64,000 nt of DNA, taken from contig JAQGDQ010000028.1 in the NCBI GenBank assembly GCA_030141605.1, positions 806,001 through 870,000 of the forward strand, read 5' to 3'. Below are positions 32,280-45,300 of the stretch, piece by piece. The DNA is from Tubiluchus corallicola. Lineage: Eukaryota; Animalia; Priapulida. The position numbers and the translations under genes are program-made. The notes beneath the pieces are model-generated. The model was not told where the DNA came from, ran no database searches, and saw only the letters and a program-made list of their open reading frames with translations. Position 1 is the stretch's first letter. Each line of letters starts with the position of its first letter.

Positions 32280-33364
32280 TGGCGTATCTGCACAAAATCA
32301 GCCGCAAATACCAAACATTAGTTATTTTTTTGTTTCTTTGAAGACTATTTCACATCAGTTGTTACGGTCATTTTCAATTGCACAATCAAACTGCAAATGC
32401 AAAAATATGCACCATCTAGTAATTATTCTAAAACTAGACAGCCATCAGTATAAGCGCATAGTTGCGAAATGAATACGTAAAGATTACAGCAAAAAATGTA
32501 TTTTCTGCACTGAGTCATAATTCCTACAAACGTTTATCGCCTACACTTCAGGCGGGCACATTGCAGCACGTTACCCTACAGGGATCTTTGAAAAATTGAA
32601 AAAATTCTAATCTGCACTGATTGATACAAAAATCACTAGGTTGCGTGCTTGGCTCATATCCTACTTTTAAGTAAGGTATCAACTTCCTAGATCACTCCAC
32701 AGCCAAGTGGCAACCGAGAGACAGACGGCCACAACCAAAAATCCTATAGTTGCCCACTTTGTTCAGGCAACCATAGTAACAACTAACCTAATAGCCATCA
32801 CATTAGTGCTCTTAATATAACATTACACTGACTCTGCCTTTATCAGCAATAATTAAATAGCTGTGATTTATAATAGGGTCTGATATATCAACTGGTTAAT
32901 TTGACCTGAACTCAGAGCTGATAAATAGCAGAATCTGGATTTTTTGGAATGCTGGGATACTATGCTTGAATTTTAAACCGCTTTTAGAATTTTTGAGTTT
33001 TAAACCTGTTTTGGATAGCCCACTGTTTACTGAACTATTGTTATCAAAAAATATTGTTATTTGTTGTCAAATTTTATTAAGCTGAAAACTGCGTTAGTTT
33101 CAAAATCATACTAAAATATAGCTAATTTGACTGTGCTAAAAAAATAATTTTTTTATCAAAAATAATGTTAGTCTTAATATATTAAACAAAATGTAGGTAC
33201 TACCTTATATTTTTGCACACAACTTGTGAAAAAAGCATGTTGAAAGAACTCGATGCCAAATTTTTATGTAGCCAACAATGTAGCGTACATTCTCCATACA
33301 TCAAGGTCATGCCTGTTAGCTGTAAATATTTTCCTCTGCAAAAAATGACATTTTATTTTGGAAG

Positions 33365-36165
33365 AGTACAAACAGGAGAAGAGCAGCACCAATTCATTTT
33401 CCACCAATTTGTGGTAAATTTGAAATTTAGTTTTTGAGCTTTAGATTTAAATAACAAAGATCTATATATATTAGTAGTTTTTATACTTCTTTTCAGTAAA
33501 TCTATCAAGCATGAGCCAACAAACCTATATTTGTTTTTAAAAAAATAATTTTGTCCAAAAGCGTGTAGCAGTTTTTGGAATACCTTATGAAATGCAGCAT
33601 ATCTGTGTTTTCAGAAAAGTTACAGTTAGCTTTCCAATGTAGTTTTCATTTCCAGTAGCAGGATGAATGGTGTTATTAATTACACATGTATTGCCTGTAG
33701 TCACTGAGGAGGTGGATCTTGGACTGTTAGTAGATAGCAAACTAAATTTTCGCAGTCATGTCTCTAAGAATTAGAAATTACTAAGAGTAATAAGATCCTT
33801 CGGTTAATCGGTAGAACCATAACTTCCAGAAGAGCTGAGATAATTCTCCCACTATACAAATCTCTTGTTCGTCCTCATCTCGAATATGTCAGTCAGGTAT
33901 GGGACCCTTACTATCTCAAGGACATCCGTGCTCTAGAACAGGTACAAGCACAAGCTATGGACATGATCATAGGTCTTGAAGGACTCCCACACTCTCAAAA
34001 ACTGCAAAAATTAGACCTGTATCGACTCTCTGCAAGAAGACATAGGGGGGACTTATTGAAATGTTCAAGATTCTTAAGGGATTTACTGACATCAATGCAA
34101 ACCAGTTTTTTACACTCAATCGAAGCATTACACATAGGCAAAGTGTTAAATTGTACAAGCATAGGGTTAATACAGAAAAGTATCGGCATAGTTTTTCACA
34201 AGCCGAAGTAATACTGTGGAACTCAATAACAGAATCATTAGTGAGAGCAAATAATGTAAATAGTTTCAAACATGAACTTGATTTAGAACTCCGTGCAAGA
34301 AACCTCCTATTTTAATACCAGTCGGTATACTAGGAGGAGAGTAAACCAACATCGAACAACTGGACAAGGGTGTGCCTTGAAAGCTATTCAGTGGATGAGA
34401 GATTGGTGCAAGAGACGGAAATCAGGGTTTACTAACCACGAAGGTGAGTTAGAATTTAATTAGACAGCTTTATCTTTTTTCATGGAAATAAATCATGTTT
34501 GACAAAATGTGTTTTTATTATGCAGCAAGTATAAGTTAAAATAGATGTACACAGGATAAGATATGGCAGTTAGAATACTACAAAACCTTGGGGTTAACTT
34601 AATAGAAAATCTGGTGAAAGCTATGGAATCCCTAGATAAAAGCTCGAAAGCAAATAAACGCAGCATTTCGCACGTCAAGAAATATTTCATTTTATTGAAA
34701 TTAGCTGCTTCACACACAAAGTACAGGCACACGATAGTAATACTAATAGTAATAGTTAATACACCTACCCAGCACATTCTCACTACTTCACTGGAAACTA
34801 AAGTGAAGGGCGGTATGTATATGTTTATATATAGTATTGCGACAAAATTACTAGAAAACCTTTCAAACGTACAATAAATTTCATCGAAATTTGCGCCTAA
34901 ACAAACGTCTTCCACACTTTTTCTCACTACATGTGACAAGCGATACGAAAGACCCTTTTGATATTTGCACTTGATTTTGTGTTTATTTCAAGCCCACTTT
35001 TGGTTCAGACGGTCAATTGCAACGAATTACATAGAAAAGATCTAGGTCACATTTATATGATTTACCTTGTATTTGCAGTAATATTTTATATTATATATTT
35101 ATATTCTATAAAAAATCAGTTTAGGTCACCTGACCTAATTTGGCACTCTCATCTCACAAGCTGCTGTAGATAATAATCGTACAAATCAGTTGCAGTCAGG
35201 GATACAGTCATATGATCAAAAATTAAAACATCACATTTGGAGTGGTTGTGTATAAGACAGTAGTGCTACCACTTTTCAGATGTAGTCATTTTAATAAGCC
35301 AAGCTTTCAATGTGTCATACAGCAACTCTTTTATTTAGTTAATAATTTAATTAATCAATGTTTTTCCTACTTATACTGTTTTTTCTAACCAAATTGTGTA
35401 TTGTACATGTATTGTTGGAGTGAAATAAATTCATGGGATTTCATGCACAGTTGTAGTCCTTTTTGTTAAGATTGTGCACAGGAGGATCAGCCACACATTA
35501 AAATTGGCAAGATAAAGAGTAATGTAACAATAGAAGAATTCCATCAAGGTAAGTCATGGTAAATATAATAAAATATTGTTCTCATAAAAATATAGTAACT
35601 AGAAAGCTTGGAAAAGGTCCGAGAGAAAGAAAAATGCATATGTGACAAATTAAAAAAAGTTGCTAATTGCTCTATGATCAGAAATTGGTAATCAATAAAG
35701 TGCTAAAAAATTCAAAACTTTGACAAGAATGTGCCAAAATTTTATTTTACAGCTCACAAATAAGGATGCAATCATTTGGACACAGTCTTGCTATTATTTT
35801 TAGTGCAAATATTGAAATAAGTAATGGTGTTAATAAGTATAAAATTTAATCATCCAAGTTCTCTACATACATGTATATGGATTTGTAAAATATATTAAGT
35901 GCTATAATTACGTAATAATTGCTTTTTGTAATAAATTGAATGCAAAAATGGAAGACAATTTTCCAACAGCTGAATGTATTAAAAAAATTCTGTCTAATCG
36001 TAAAAAACTAAGATATTCAAAACCAATCAAATAGTAAAACTTGCAGATGAAGAGAAGATCAGTAAATTTTCATATGCAGCGAGAAACACAAGGCTTAAAA
36101 TTTCATATCATCTGAGCTGCCTTGTAAAACTTACTCAAGAAAACTTTACGAATTCTGCTGACTAG
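33365..36165 (+). other. Candidate unannotated spliced transcript / orphan small protein divergent from SLC4A1AP
   Basis: Putative exons 33365-33413, 34322-34443, 35471-35548 and 36047-36165. Each has an AG acceptor; donors are GTAAAT, GTGAGT and GTAAGT. They join into one open frame ending at TAG 36163-36165, with AATAAA at 36281. No homology recognised. Confidence 0.4.
33690..34315 (+). mobile_element. 5'-truncated CR1-like LINE (ORF2 C-terminus)
   Basis: Reads DLGLLVDSKLNFRSH, LPLYKSLVRPHLEYVSQVWDPY, LDLYRLSARRHRGDL, FKILKGF and FSQAEVILWNSI, with frameshifts. Confidence 0.88.
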
Positions 36166-36626
36166 TGGATGTAGCCTCTGGATATAGCCTTAACAAACTG
36201 AAGTGAACTCTCTCATTAAATTCAAATTTTGTACAAAATTAGCAAAAAACAAGTGACACTCAAGTAAATCACTTGGTGAAAATAAATTACATTATTTTAT
36301 GAATAAGCTTAATAATGGCTCCTTCCTCAAATAACAGATAGTGGATCGATCACTGAAATCAGGGTAGCTTCTTGCAAGCTACTTAACTTAAGAAGAATTT
36401 TCTTTTCTACTTGTCAAACATATGCTAACTCACTAAACTTTATTTTACAATTTCTTTAATCACTTTAAATATGCTGTCCTTTGCCTTTAGCCAATGGTGT
36501 GGAATGAGCATTCCAACAAGGGAGCATAATAAAGCGCATACGATTACATATACATATATATAAATGCAGCTGTAAATCATACAGCTAGCTAAGATTCATT
36601 TATGCATGTACTACATTCATTTAGCA

Positions 36627-39600
36627 TCAAGATGATCCAATCCGAGGGAATTTCAATTTGTTTCTAAGCTCCAAAATTCTCTTGTCTATCTCTGACAGTG
36701 TGGTGTATCGTGCAGACAAGCTAGTTGTCAATCGTCGGTTCTTTTTCTTCCACTTCTGCTTTTTTGTCTGTCCAAATAATGTAAAAATGTTAGAACAACT
36801 TCAGTGATCTGTGTTGATACTTGATAGTATTAGATGTTGGTGTCAAAAATAAATTACGATTTAGGATACTGATACTAAACAATTAGAAAACTGAGAGTAT
36901 AGAAATATTTTTACTTAATTTTAGTACAGATCAGAGAAAATTTCAAAATTAGACAACGAGCAAAATCTAAATTCTCAAAAGTTCACTTTTTATTTCATTA
37001 GATTTGTGATGCGTTGTCACTAACAATAGTTATGCAGATAGTGCAAAATGTTACATCAAAAATTAATTCCGAAAATTCAATATATATATATATGTATATA
37101 GTTGCTTGATAACAGTCATAAACATACAGGCACTTAAACTCTTTTAGATATCCTACCATTATTACAAATTCCATCACATATATTACCAATCTGTCATTGT
37201 AAATTGTAGGGTTAATGCAGATTGAATAAATAAAATCAAATTTCGTACCAAAATCTGGGTGTATTCCGGTGACATCCCTTCTAGATATAATATTCTGTCT
37301 TCAAGTGCTTTCAAACGTCGATGTACACTGAGAGATGAAGGAGAAGCTAAGAATAAAAACAAAAATTACACCCATATCAATGTGGTTTATATTCGACATC
37401 TAGCCATGAAGACACTACAAAGTGCAAAGTGGAACACAAAAGAATTTCGGTGAAAAAAATAGCTGATTGATCACTTAGCAGCTGAAGTTAAGTAATGCCA
37501 AATCCGGTCAGTAAAGAGATGGATTACTGCTAGGAAAGTCTGCTTCTGAGCGGTTTCAACATTCTGGCCATTTACCTCAACATAAGAAACTATGTGGCAT
37601 TCAACCTTGTGGGACATGGTTAAGACACAGCTGCCGATTCAGACCTTAGAGAAACAACCCTTAATAACGAACTAGATTCTAGTTGTGCCACACCATCTAC
37701 TACAACAAATTATGAAATAGTCATTGCAGTTGAGCGCTAAATACTAGCTTACAAAATGTTGATCTATTCTAAAAAATGTAAAATAATCTCAAACAAAATT
37801 CAAATGTACGGTGTAAAAACACTACTTACAAGGCAGTTTAAGATGAGCTTCCATGCTGACAAGTCTTTCGTCTACATCACTTGGCAATGAACCTTGTTGT
37901 GATGTCTGACTACAATCGGAATTTTTCTTGGAACCCGCCGATCCCTTCAATGTGATCCCTTCAGCACCCATTTGATGTGGTCCGGAAGTATTCTCAACTT
38001 TAGAAACTAGGAAAACAGAAACAGTACCAACAATAAAATAACTATTATTAAAACATACAGATGATGTGTGATCAAATTGCGGAAAACTTTACTGGCACAA
38101 AAGCGAAAGCAAAAATGAAAATGTAAGTAGCCAACTTTTTACATTTTTCATCTAACCAAACATGTTGTTGATCTTTGCTGTATTAAATATTTGCAACATA
38201 TCTAAGAAATTCAGTGTATGCATAAATCTTAACATTTTTTGTATGGGTAACACTAGTGACAACGACAGTTTGACAGGCCATGCTGTTGCCATAGTGAAAG
38301 TTTGTTTGTTGCTAATCCCGAAAGCAGGTGTAATGATCATTTGACAAGTACCTAGACAGCAATTCCACGGTCTCTGATTCATTCCTTTATAAGTAACTGT
38401 AATGCATTGCTGTTCAATGTTTCAAAAAACTCTATAAACAAATTACAAAAGATTCAAAATTGTGCAACTAGAGTGATCATGTATTTGCGCAAGTATGATC
38501 ACATAACTCCAACATTACAGGCCCTACACGGGCTTGCGGTGCGATCTAGAATCAATTTCAAAATTGCTAAGCTGGCATTTAAATGTTAAAATGGTCAAGC
38601 CCCGTGCTATCTTGCAGAACTGATTAGCATTTACACGCCATCCAGAAACTTAAGATCCTACAATAAAAATTTACTTCTTGTGCCTAGGACACAAACAAAA
38701 ACTTTAGGTATGCGTGCTTTTTCAAATGCCGCTCCAACTGTTTGGAACAGTCTTCCACTGAATAGTAGAAGCTGCGATAATACATGTATAACTACATTTA
38801 AAAAATTGCCCAAGACATGTCTTTTTAAATTAGAATATGGGCATTGAATTGGATTTTAATTTTGCCTACATTTTGCTAACTAGATTTTATATTGAATTTG
38901 GAACTTAAATTTTTAAGGCTATTTTTATAGTGTGTAAAGTTCTATGATTTATTTTAGACTTTGTAAGACCTTTGGTTGTAAAGCGCAACTTTATATATTT
39001 GGTGTGCTATATATATTTTATGCGATAATAATAATAATACTCATTAGTTTCCAAATCATGAATATCAAGCTACTGTTTTAAATACTTAAAAAAATTGCCA
39101 CTGCTGGTGCTTCACCTTTTCAGTGACTGCACATTTAAAGAAACACTCACAAAAACTGTTTTAACATGAAATGTACATTGGTAATTTAGTGTAACCCATG
39201 CATACCTTTCAAGTGACTTTTCTGTCCAGACCGCGGCACAAAAGTTGCCAAGGTTCTTGCGCAGCTGTCGTCTGGCAAAAACAAAAGAGAAAACATGTCA
39301 TTCACCCCATCCTTTAACACATGAACCTCTTATCAACTTAACTGCAATATGTCATCAGTTTTCAACCATTAGAACAAAGCTGTAAGCAACACAACTGTGC
39401 AAAAAAGTGTATCACTAACAAACCACAGAAATCAAACATTATAATTTAAATGGCACAATGACTGAAAGAAGTACAATTTTGTAACTTCATATATTTCTTT
39501 AATTTTCATTTTTTTATTAAGAATTTCTGGGCAAACCCAGATAGTATACAACTATAAGTAATTAGAAAGCAAAGTAAACTTAATGATACATTTTACAAGT

Positions 39601-39924
39601 AGTTCCATTTTAAATGTTAATTTTGTAAAATAAACCAAACAGGAATATCTACAGTCAAATTACATTTCTTGAAATTATCTTTTCCTTCTTTAGCGATTAT
39701 TGAGAGCAACAAATATTATATAAGACAGCAATTGCTATCAAAATGGCAAATGCCATACCTTTCTCATATCCACCAATAATGCCACAAAATTCCCTTTTGT
39801 TACTTAAGTTAATTTCTGTTCTTTTTCTGTCCATAAATGCCTGTATCCTTCTGTCAATTTCTTTCTGGTCAGCCATGATCTGTACACAAACAGAATCCAT
39901 GTAACATTCATCATCAACTGCCAT
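36627..39924 (-). CDS. MBIP: MAP3K12-binding inhibitory protein 1 (ATAC complex subunit), ~215 aa from the first visible ATG
   Basis: Exons 39924-39759 (acceptor immediately upstream), 39271-39206, 38006-37830, 37346-37249 and 36767-36627, phase-compatible. Motifs VQIMADQKEIDRRIQAFMDRKRTEINLSNKREFC, DSCART, KSHLKVSKVENTSGP, VDERLVSMEAHLKL, RLKALEDRILYLEGMSPEY and LSEIDKRILELR. The true 5' end is uncertain. Confidence 0.9.
38390..39040 (+). mobile_element. L2-clade-like LINE 3' fragment in an MBIP intron (antisense to MBIP)
   Basis: Reads KLQKIQNCATRVIMYLRKYDHITPTLQALHGLAVRSRINFKIA...RAFSNAAPTVWNSLP, followed by an AT-rich 3' UTR ending in (ATA)n at ~39025-39038. Confidence 0.85.
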
Positions 39925-40256
39925 TCTGCAAACAATGCAATTATTATGTTACAATAAACATTATAAACCAACATTTAGAAATAAAACAGCATCATCTGAA
40001 AAATCTCAAAGGTTAGAAAAATTGTAAAAAGCATAGCTGAGTATATGTATCCAGCAAAATAGGCATACAAAAATGTAAGAATGATGTTGGCTAGTTGACT
40101 TTTGTGCATTAAAGCAATACTATTTAAACAAGTACTAAAAGTTTTTTCAATAGACAATATAATTAACTTTACACAATTTATAATTCATAGCACAAATAAT
40201 TTTTGTCTACAAAAAGTTGTAAAAAACTGTATGTTGAGAGCGGAGTATGACACTAG

Positions 40257-40889
40257 TGGAAGTAGGACAATTGCCGTACATGGGCTAGCCCAAGTAGGGT
40301 GCATCATACATGGGCTGCCCAAGTAGGACGAAGAGACAGTTCACAAACTGAGTCATTAATCGTACTGGCAGCGCCCATTGTCCTTGTTTATTTAATAATA
40401 ATAATTGAAAATGTCAATACACGTTGAATAATTTATTATACATCTGATAAAATAAAAGAATCTTATTTTGAGCTATTCGAACAAGCATTAAATTTGGCTT
40501 CAAGATAAATCTTTTTGAAGTGAAATAAGCTTGCTTTTTAGGTGATTCCAATGGTTAAGGCACGTCATTTTTTATTTTGCCTCTTTTCACAGATAGGTGA
40601 TTCATTTCACTACGTGAACAAATTGTGTGTTTTTGATCTTGCAAACTGGCACTTTTTACTGATGTCAGTTTGCTCGCCGATTTGGTGAATAGGATCGTGT
40701 GTATCGACGGTATGATGTCAAACTGATGGCAACTCAGCCAACAGCCAACAAGCAGAATTTTTAATAAAATGAAAAAACTTTCACAGAATTTTTAAAAATT
40801 TTACAAAATTCTTGAGGTAAAGTTAAAAGAGTGAGAGAAATTGCCAGAGCCCTACTTGGGCTGCCCATGTACAATATTGGTTTTTCGCA
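40257..40889. mobile_element. MITE-like element with inverted termini
   Basis: Two left copies of TACATGGGCT(A)GCCCAAGTAGG (40277-40327) and an inverted right copy CCTACTTGGGCTGCCCATGTA (40851-40871). Outer ends are approximate. Confidence 0.6.
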
Positions 40890-41334
40890 CATTTAGCTCA
40901 AGTGTCCTCTCTGCGCCCTACACTGTAAATTGCAGTAACTCTATAAAAGTTAAAACTCCACTGCAAACAGGGTATCTAGCTTGTAAACTGCTGTTTTTAG
41001 GCCACGAAGTAGCAACTACTAAATGACATGGGAGGAGTGTCCAAATTCTTTCTAAGAAGCTGGAAATGTTGAATGTTGGTGGTGAACATTATAGAGTCTT
41101 GAAGTTTTGAATAATATACTTCTAAAAAGCCTTTGACGACATACTAGAAGTTTTGGGTGCACATGGTCAGTATACATGCCACAACTCGCTACTGGTGATG
41201 GTATTAGAGCTTATGAAAAGAGGTGAAACAAGTAAAACAAACATGGTGGGTGCGGGCTAAAAACACAGTTAGATTTACAGACAGGTTAGGTGGGATAGCA
41301 CCCTCATGGTAGAAACAGCAGTGGGTGCTAGCGC

Positions 41335-41940
41335 TCAGAAGTGATTTCTCTGATATCTGGTGGAAGTTTGTTCCACAAACGTTTTTTGCTCTGGGGTAGG
41401 AGTATAAATAAATATTGACTCTTGCTGATGGCCGAACAAATTTGTTGTTATCTGTGAGAGATGGGGTAAGTTGGTAAATTTACACCTATCCTGATGCACT
41501 ATATCATGAAAGACGTTTAGTATCGTTTGCTGACGTCTAATTTTTAGTCTTTCCCACCCAAGTTCGGAGATCATCCTAGATACTTCAGCATTTCTGCCAT
41601 ATTCATTTCATACAAATCATGCTGCATTTCACTGGACTTGCTCGATGCGCTTGATGTCAGTGATTGTGTATGGGTTCCAGGCTGCAATACCATATTCTAG
41701 TTTGGGTCTGATCAGGCTCTTTCTTTGACTTGATGACATGTGCTGTGAATGACATTGTGTCCTGGTTGCACGAGTGGCAATTTCCTGGCAGTGCTCACCC
41801 CAACAAAGATTTGTGCTGACGGTAATGCCCAGGTATGGGTGTGAAGGAACATGCTCTAGGATTTTGTCTCCCATGCTGTAAGGAAAGTAATTTGGGTTTT
41901 TCTTGAGAAAAAGATAGGATTTTGCATTTATCAATGTCAA
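41335..41940 (-). mobile_element. CR1-like LINE ORF2 fragment
   Basis: Reads HPYLGITVSTNLCWGEH, SLIRPKLEYGIAAWNPYT, IEQVQ and MISELGWERLKIRRQ. Confidence 0.85.
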
Positions 41941-42199
41941 AGTCTAGGTGCTAGATGCAAAACTTGAGGTTAAAGGAGTTTATAATATTCCATACATCTC
42001 CGTACTGACTTCAACAGAAGCTGCACTTTTTCACGTTAGTTTTTCATAACACTATCAATTATTATCTCATTACACCCTTGATATTGCGTATTCGCTGTTT
42101 GGGATTACGGTATCAGCAGCCTTGATAAACAAGGTTTTCCTTGTGCCAGATGACTTGCTAAAATATTGCGATAGTCGCCTAATATTACAAAATCTATAA

Positions 42200-42395
42200 A
42201 ACCTCAGAGCAAAAAATAAACACACGTAGTACTAATAAAATTCGTACGTTGCTTCGTTCATTGTTTCCGCGGTGTGCGCTCTATCAGGTTAGATAGGCAC
42301 AAATAAATGTCACAATCACAATGTAATGAAAGTACTGTACATGTACACGTGCTTGGTCACGTGATTTTCCTGATGCTTAGTAGTAAACAGCAGGC
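42200..42395. promoter_or_regulatory. CCS promoter, probably bidirectional with MBIP
   Basis: CpG-enriched; E-boxes CACGTG at 42346-42351 and GTCACGTGA at 42356-42364; MRE-core TGCGCTC at 42275-42281. A minus-strand GTATGG donor near 41995 could end an MBIP 5'-UTR exon. Confidence 0.4.
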
Positions 42396-45300
42396 ATGGC
42401 GTCAACGCAGGTAACTATATTTTTGTTAGGTTTTGATAAAATTCCATTAATTTTTATACAATTCTTTGTGTTATTTAATTTTAACCGTTACTTTGTAACT
42501 TTTATTTTGAGGGCTGTATTTGTTGAAATTAAACACTTCAACGACAAACAGGAAGCAGTGCTTAAACCTGCTTATACACGCAATAAATTTTGTATTAGTC
42601 TCGTAATTTATTCAATATTATACTGATTTATTCGTTTCATTTTTGTGTTTTGTGTTTCATCCAGGTTGAATTAGCAGTGCAAATGAATTGCCAGGGATGT
42701 GCTGATGATTTACGCAACGTAATATCATCTACAAAAGGAATTCAATCGCTGGACATCAATGTTTCGCAGGAAACTGTAGTTGTAGAAACGACCTTACGAG
42801 CTGATGAAATTAAGTCTCTTATTGAATCTACAGGACGAAGAGCAGTTATAAAAGGCCAAGGGACAGGTAAAATTTAGAGAAGGTTATTGTGATGTGCGTC
42901 ATTAGGATAACAAAATCTAAGTTTAATATCCTCACTGCTGAAGTGTGGTTCACTGCAATTTAAAATCAAACTAAAGCCTCGCTATAATATAAGCTTTTAA
43001 AACCTAAAATCCTACTCTCATTCCGAATATTCAATTTATTTCGTAATCAGCATATCACTGTAATCAGCATTACTTGTCGGTTCAAAAGCTCTTAGGAGCT
43101 TATGTTTTTATTTGTACAAACACATGCCGACTTTAAATAAAGATTATCACTACTATATTTTACTATAAAACAGTGGAGAAGTATGAGAGAATTTTCAACA
43201 TGTGGTACTATAGCAACGTCTGCTGTTTCAGGTGTCAACCATCTCGGTGCAGCTGTATGCATGATATCTGGTCACTATAATGATGTCATTGGTGTTATTC
43301 GAATGACTCAAACCAGCATGGCTACCTGTGTTATTGAAGGAACAGTTGATGGGTTACGTGAGGGAAAGCACGGATTTCACATACATGAGTTTGGTGACAT
43401 TTCTTCTGGGCCTAACAGGTATGATTTGAAAACTTCTTTGCTACTTTAGATGAAAGACAAAGTACCTTCCTTTTTATGTGAATAAAGGCAGTTTTGTGTG
43501 CCTTGCATAGGATGTAAGATGTTTGTGATAATAAAGAGTTTTGTTAAAGGACTTATGTTAAAGATTTTAATATGTTTCAGCCAGCTAAGAGCTGTTTAGA
43601 CTGGGTGAACTTCTGCCAGATTCTTGTTACTTGTAGTAAAAAACTTTCACTACATCAGCGATTGTTGAAAATGTGCCTGGCCCAGATAGATTTATGCCAT
43701 AGCTCAGGTGACTGACTAATTTGCAAGCTCAGCTAAGTTATTAATGTAGATAGGTATAATGTTGTATTAGTCATTACCTGATGCCATTATTGTGTTTCCT
43801 TATGTTATTGAAGCAATTGCTGCTAATAATATGTGGAGATAGCATGACATCGCAGATACATGGGCTTGGATATAGTGAATTAAAATTTTTGCTCAACTAT
43901 GTCTGGAGAGTTCAATGTGTTTATATAATACATATATAAATGCCTTCTACTGTTGACAACTCTTTTTTCATACTTATTTAATATGATGTACGTGTTTTGT
44001 AATTATAATTTGTTATTTGCTTGTATTTTAATAATTGTGTTACTGTGTAATTGTATAATTGTTGTATACTTGTAATTTTGTTCTTGTCACTCATCATTTG
44101 CACCTGCATTGTATTATGTTATTTTCTACATGCACTTTGTATCGTTTACTAATATGTACTGTGCCATTCCAGTATGTAATAAACAATAATAACAAATTAC
44201 TGGCAGTGACTTCCATCATAACTTACTATTTAGTGTTTATTTTTGTGCATATAAATTTACAAGAATAAGTTTGTTTTTTATTTTTTTCAGTTGCGGCGAC
44301 CATTTTAATCCACACAGTGTCTCCCATGGCAGCAGGACGGATAGCATACGAGTAAATTTTTTTGTAATTTTACCCACACGTGTTTAATATTGTGTGTTGA
44401 CTGATTAAAATCGATTGATTACTAACATTCACTTAATAAAGCAAATGCAAACAACAAATTTTATTATGTCTGTGTCACAGAACAGACTTTTCAGGTATAA
44501 CAAATTAAGAGAAAGGTAAAAATTGGTATGTTTATTTTCTCAGTAAACTGTGACAGAAATTTAGCAGAAGCTGAGCTGCCTGATTGGTCAACCCACTGTT
44601 CCAAGTTACTGTGATCAATTTCGTTTGCTACCTAATTTATAATCAGCTAAATGTCATCACAAGCTAAAAGCTTAAGCCTTAAGATATACCAGGCAACATT
44701 GGTAACGTTCGATAAATTCGGTAATGTTGACGTAAATTGTCGAGTGTAGAAGCAAAAGGTGAAATTTGAAAAATTTTATTTGTTCCAAATGTATTGTTAC
44801 TGGCAATCAGCAAATTTGTGTTTTGCCTTCCAAATGTGGTGCCTATCAGTTTTACTATGTATTATACAATATGCTAAAATAAATGCTGTCAAGGCAGTAA
44901 TTACATTAACTTGCTAGTAAATTCAAGAAACTGCTGCTGCGTGCTTTGATAACCAAAATTTGCTGTAGCATGTGGGAGACTTGGGCAACATCGAAGCAAA
45001 TGCAAATGGGAGAGCAACTTTCCGTTTTTCTGACGAGAAAGTCAAAGTTTGGGATGTTATTGGGCGATCAATGGTAGTCTCGGTAAATGAAGATGACCTT
45101 GGCTATGGGAAGGATGAAAGTTCAAAAGTGGATGGACATTCTGGATCAGGGTAGGGTACAACTGTATCATAATTTATATTTAAAATGTTTGCGTGGGCAG
45201 TTATATGCATTCAATTCCATTCGTGCAACTAAGTGTATTATGTACGTCTTCGTCACACAGTACATGTGGTCATGTTCTCTCAGCTTTAGCTTTTCTTAGC

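Noticed and set aside
34493-34939. Overlapping 148-aa (-) and 104-aa (+) ORFs
   Set aside because: AT-rich, low-information translations with no domain; not linked by splice sites to neighbouring exons.
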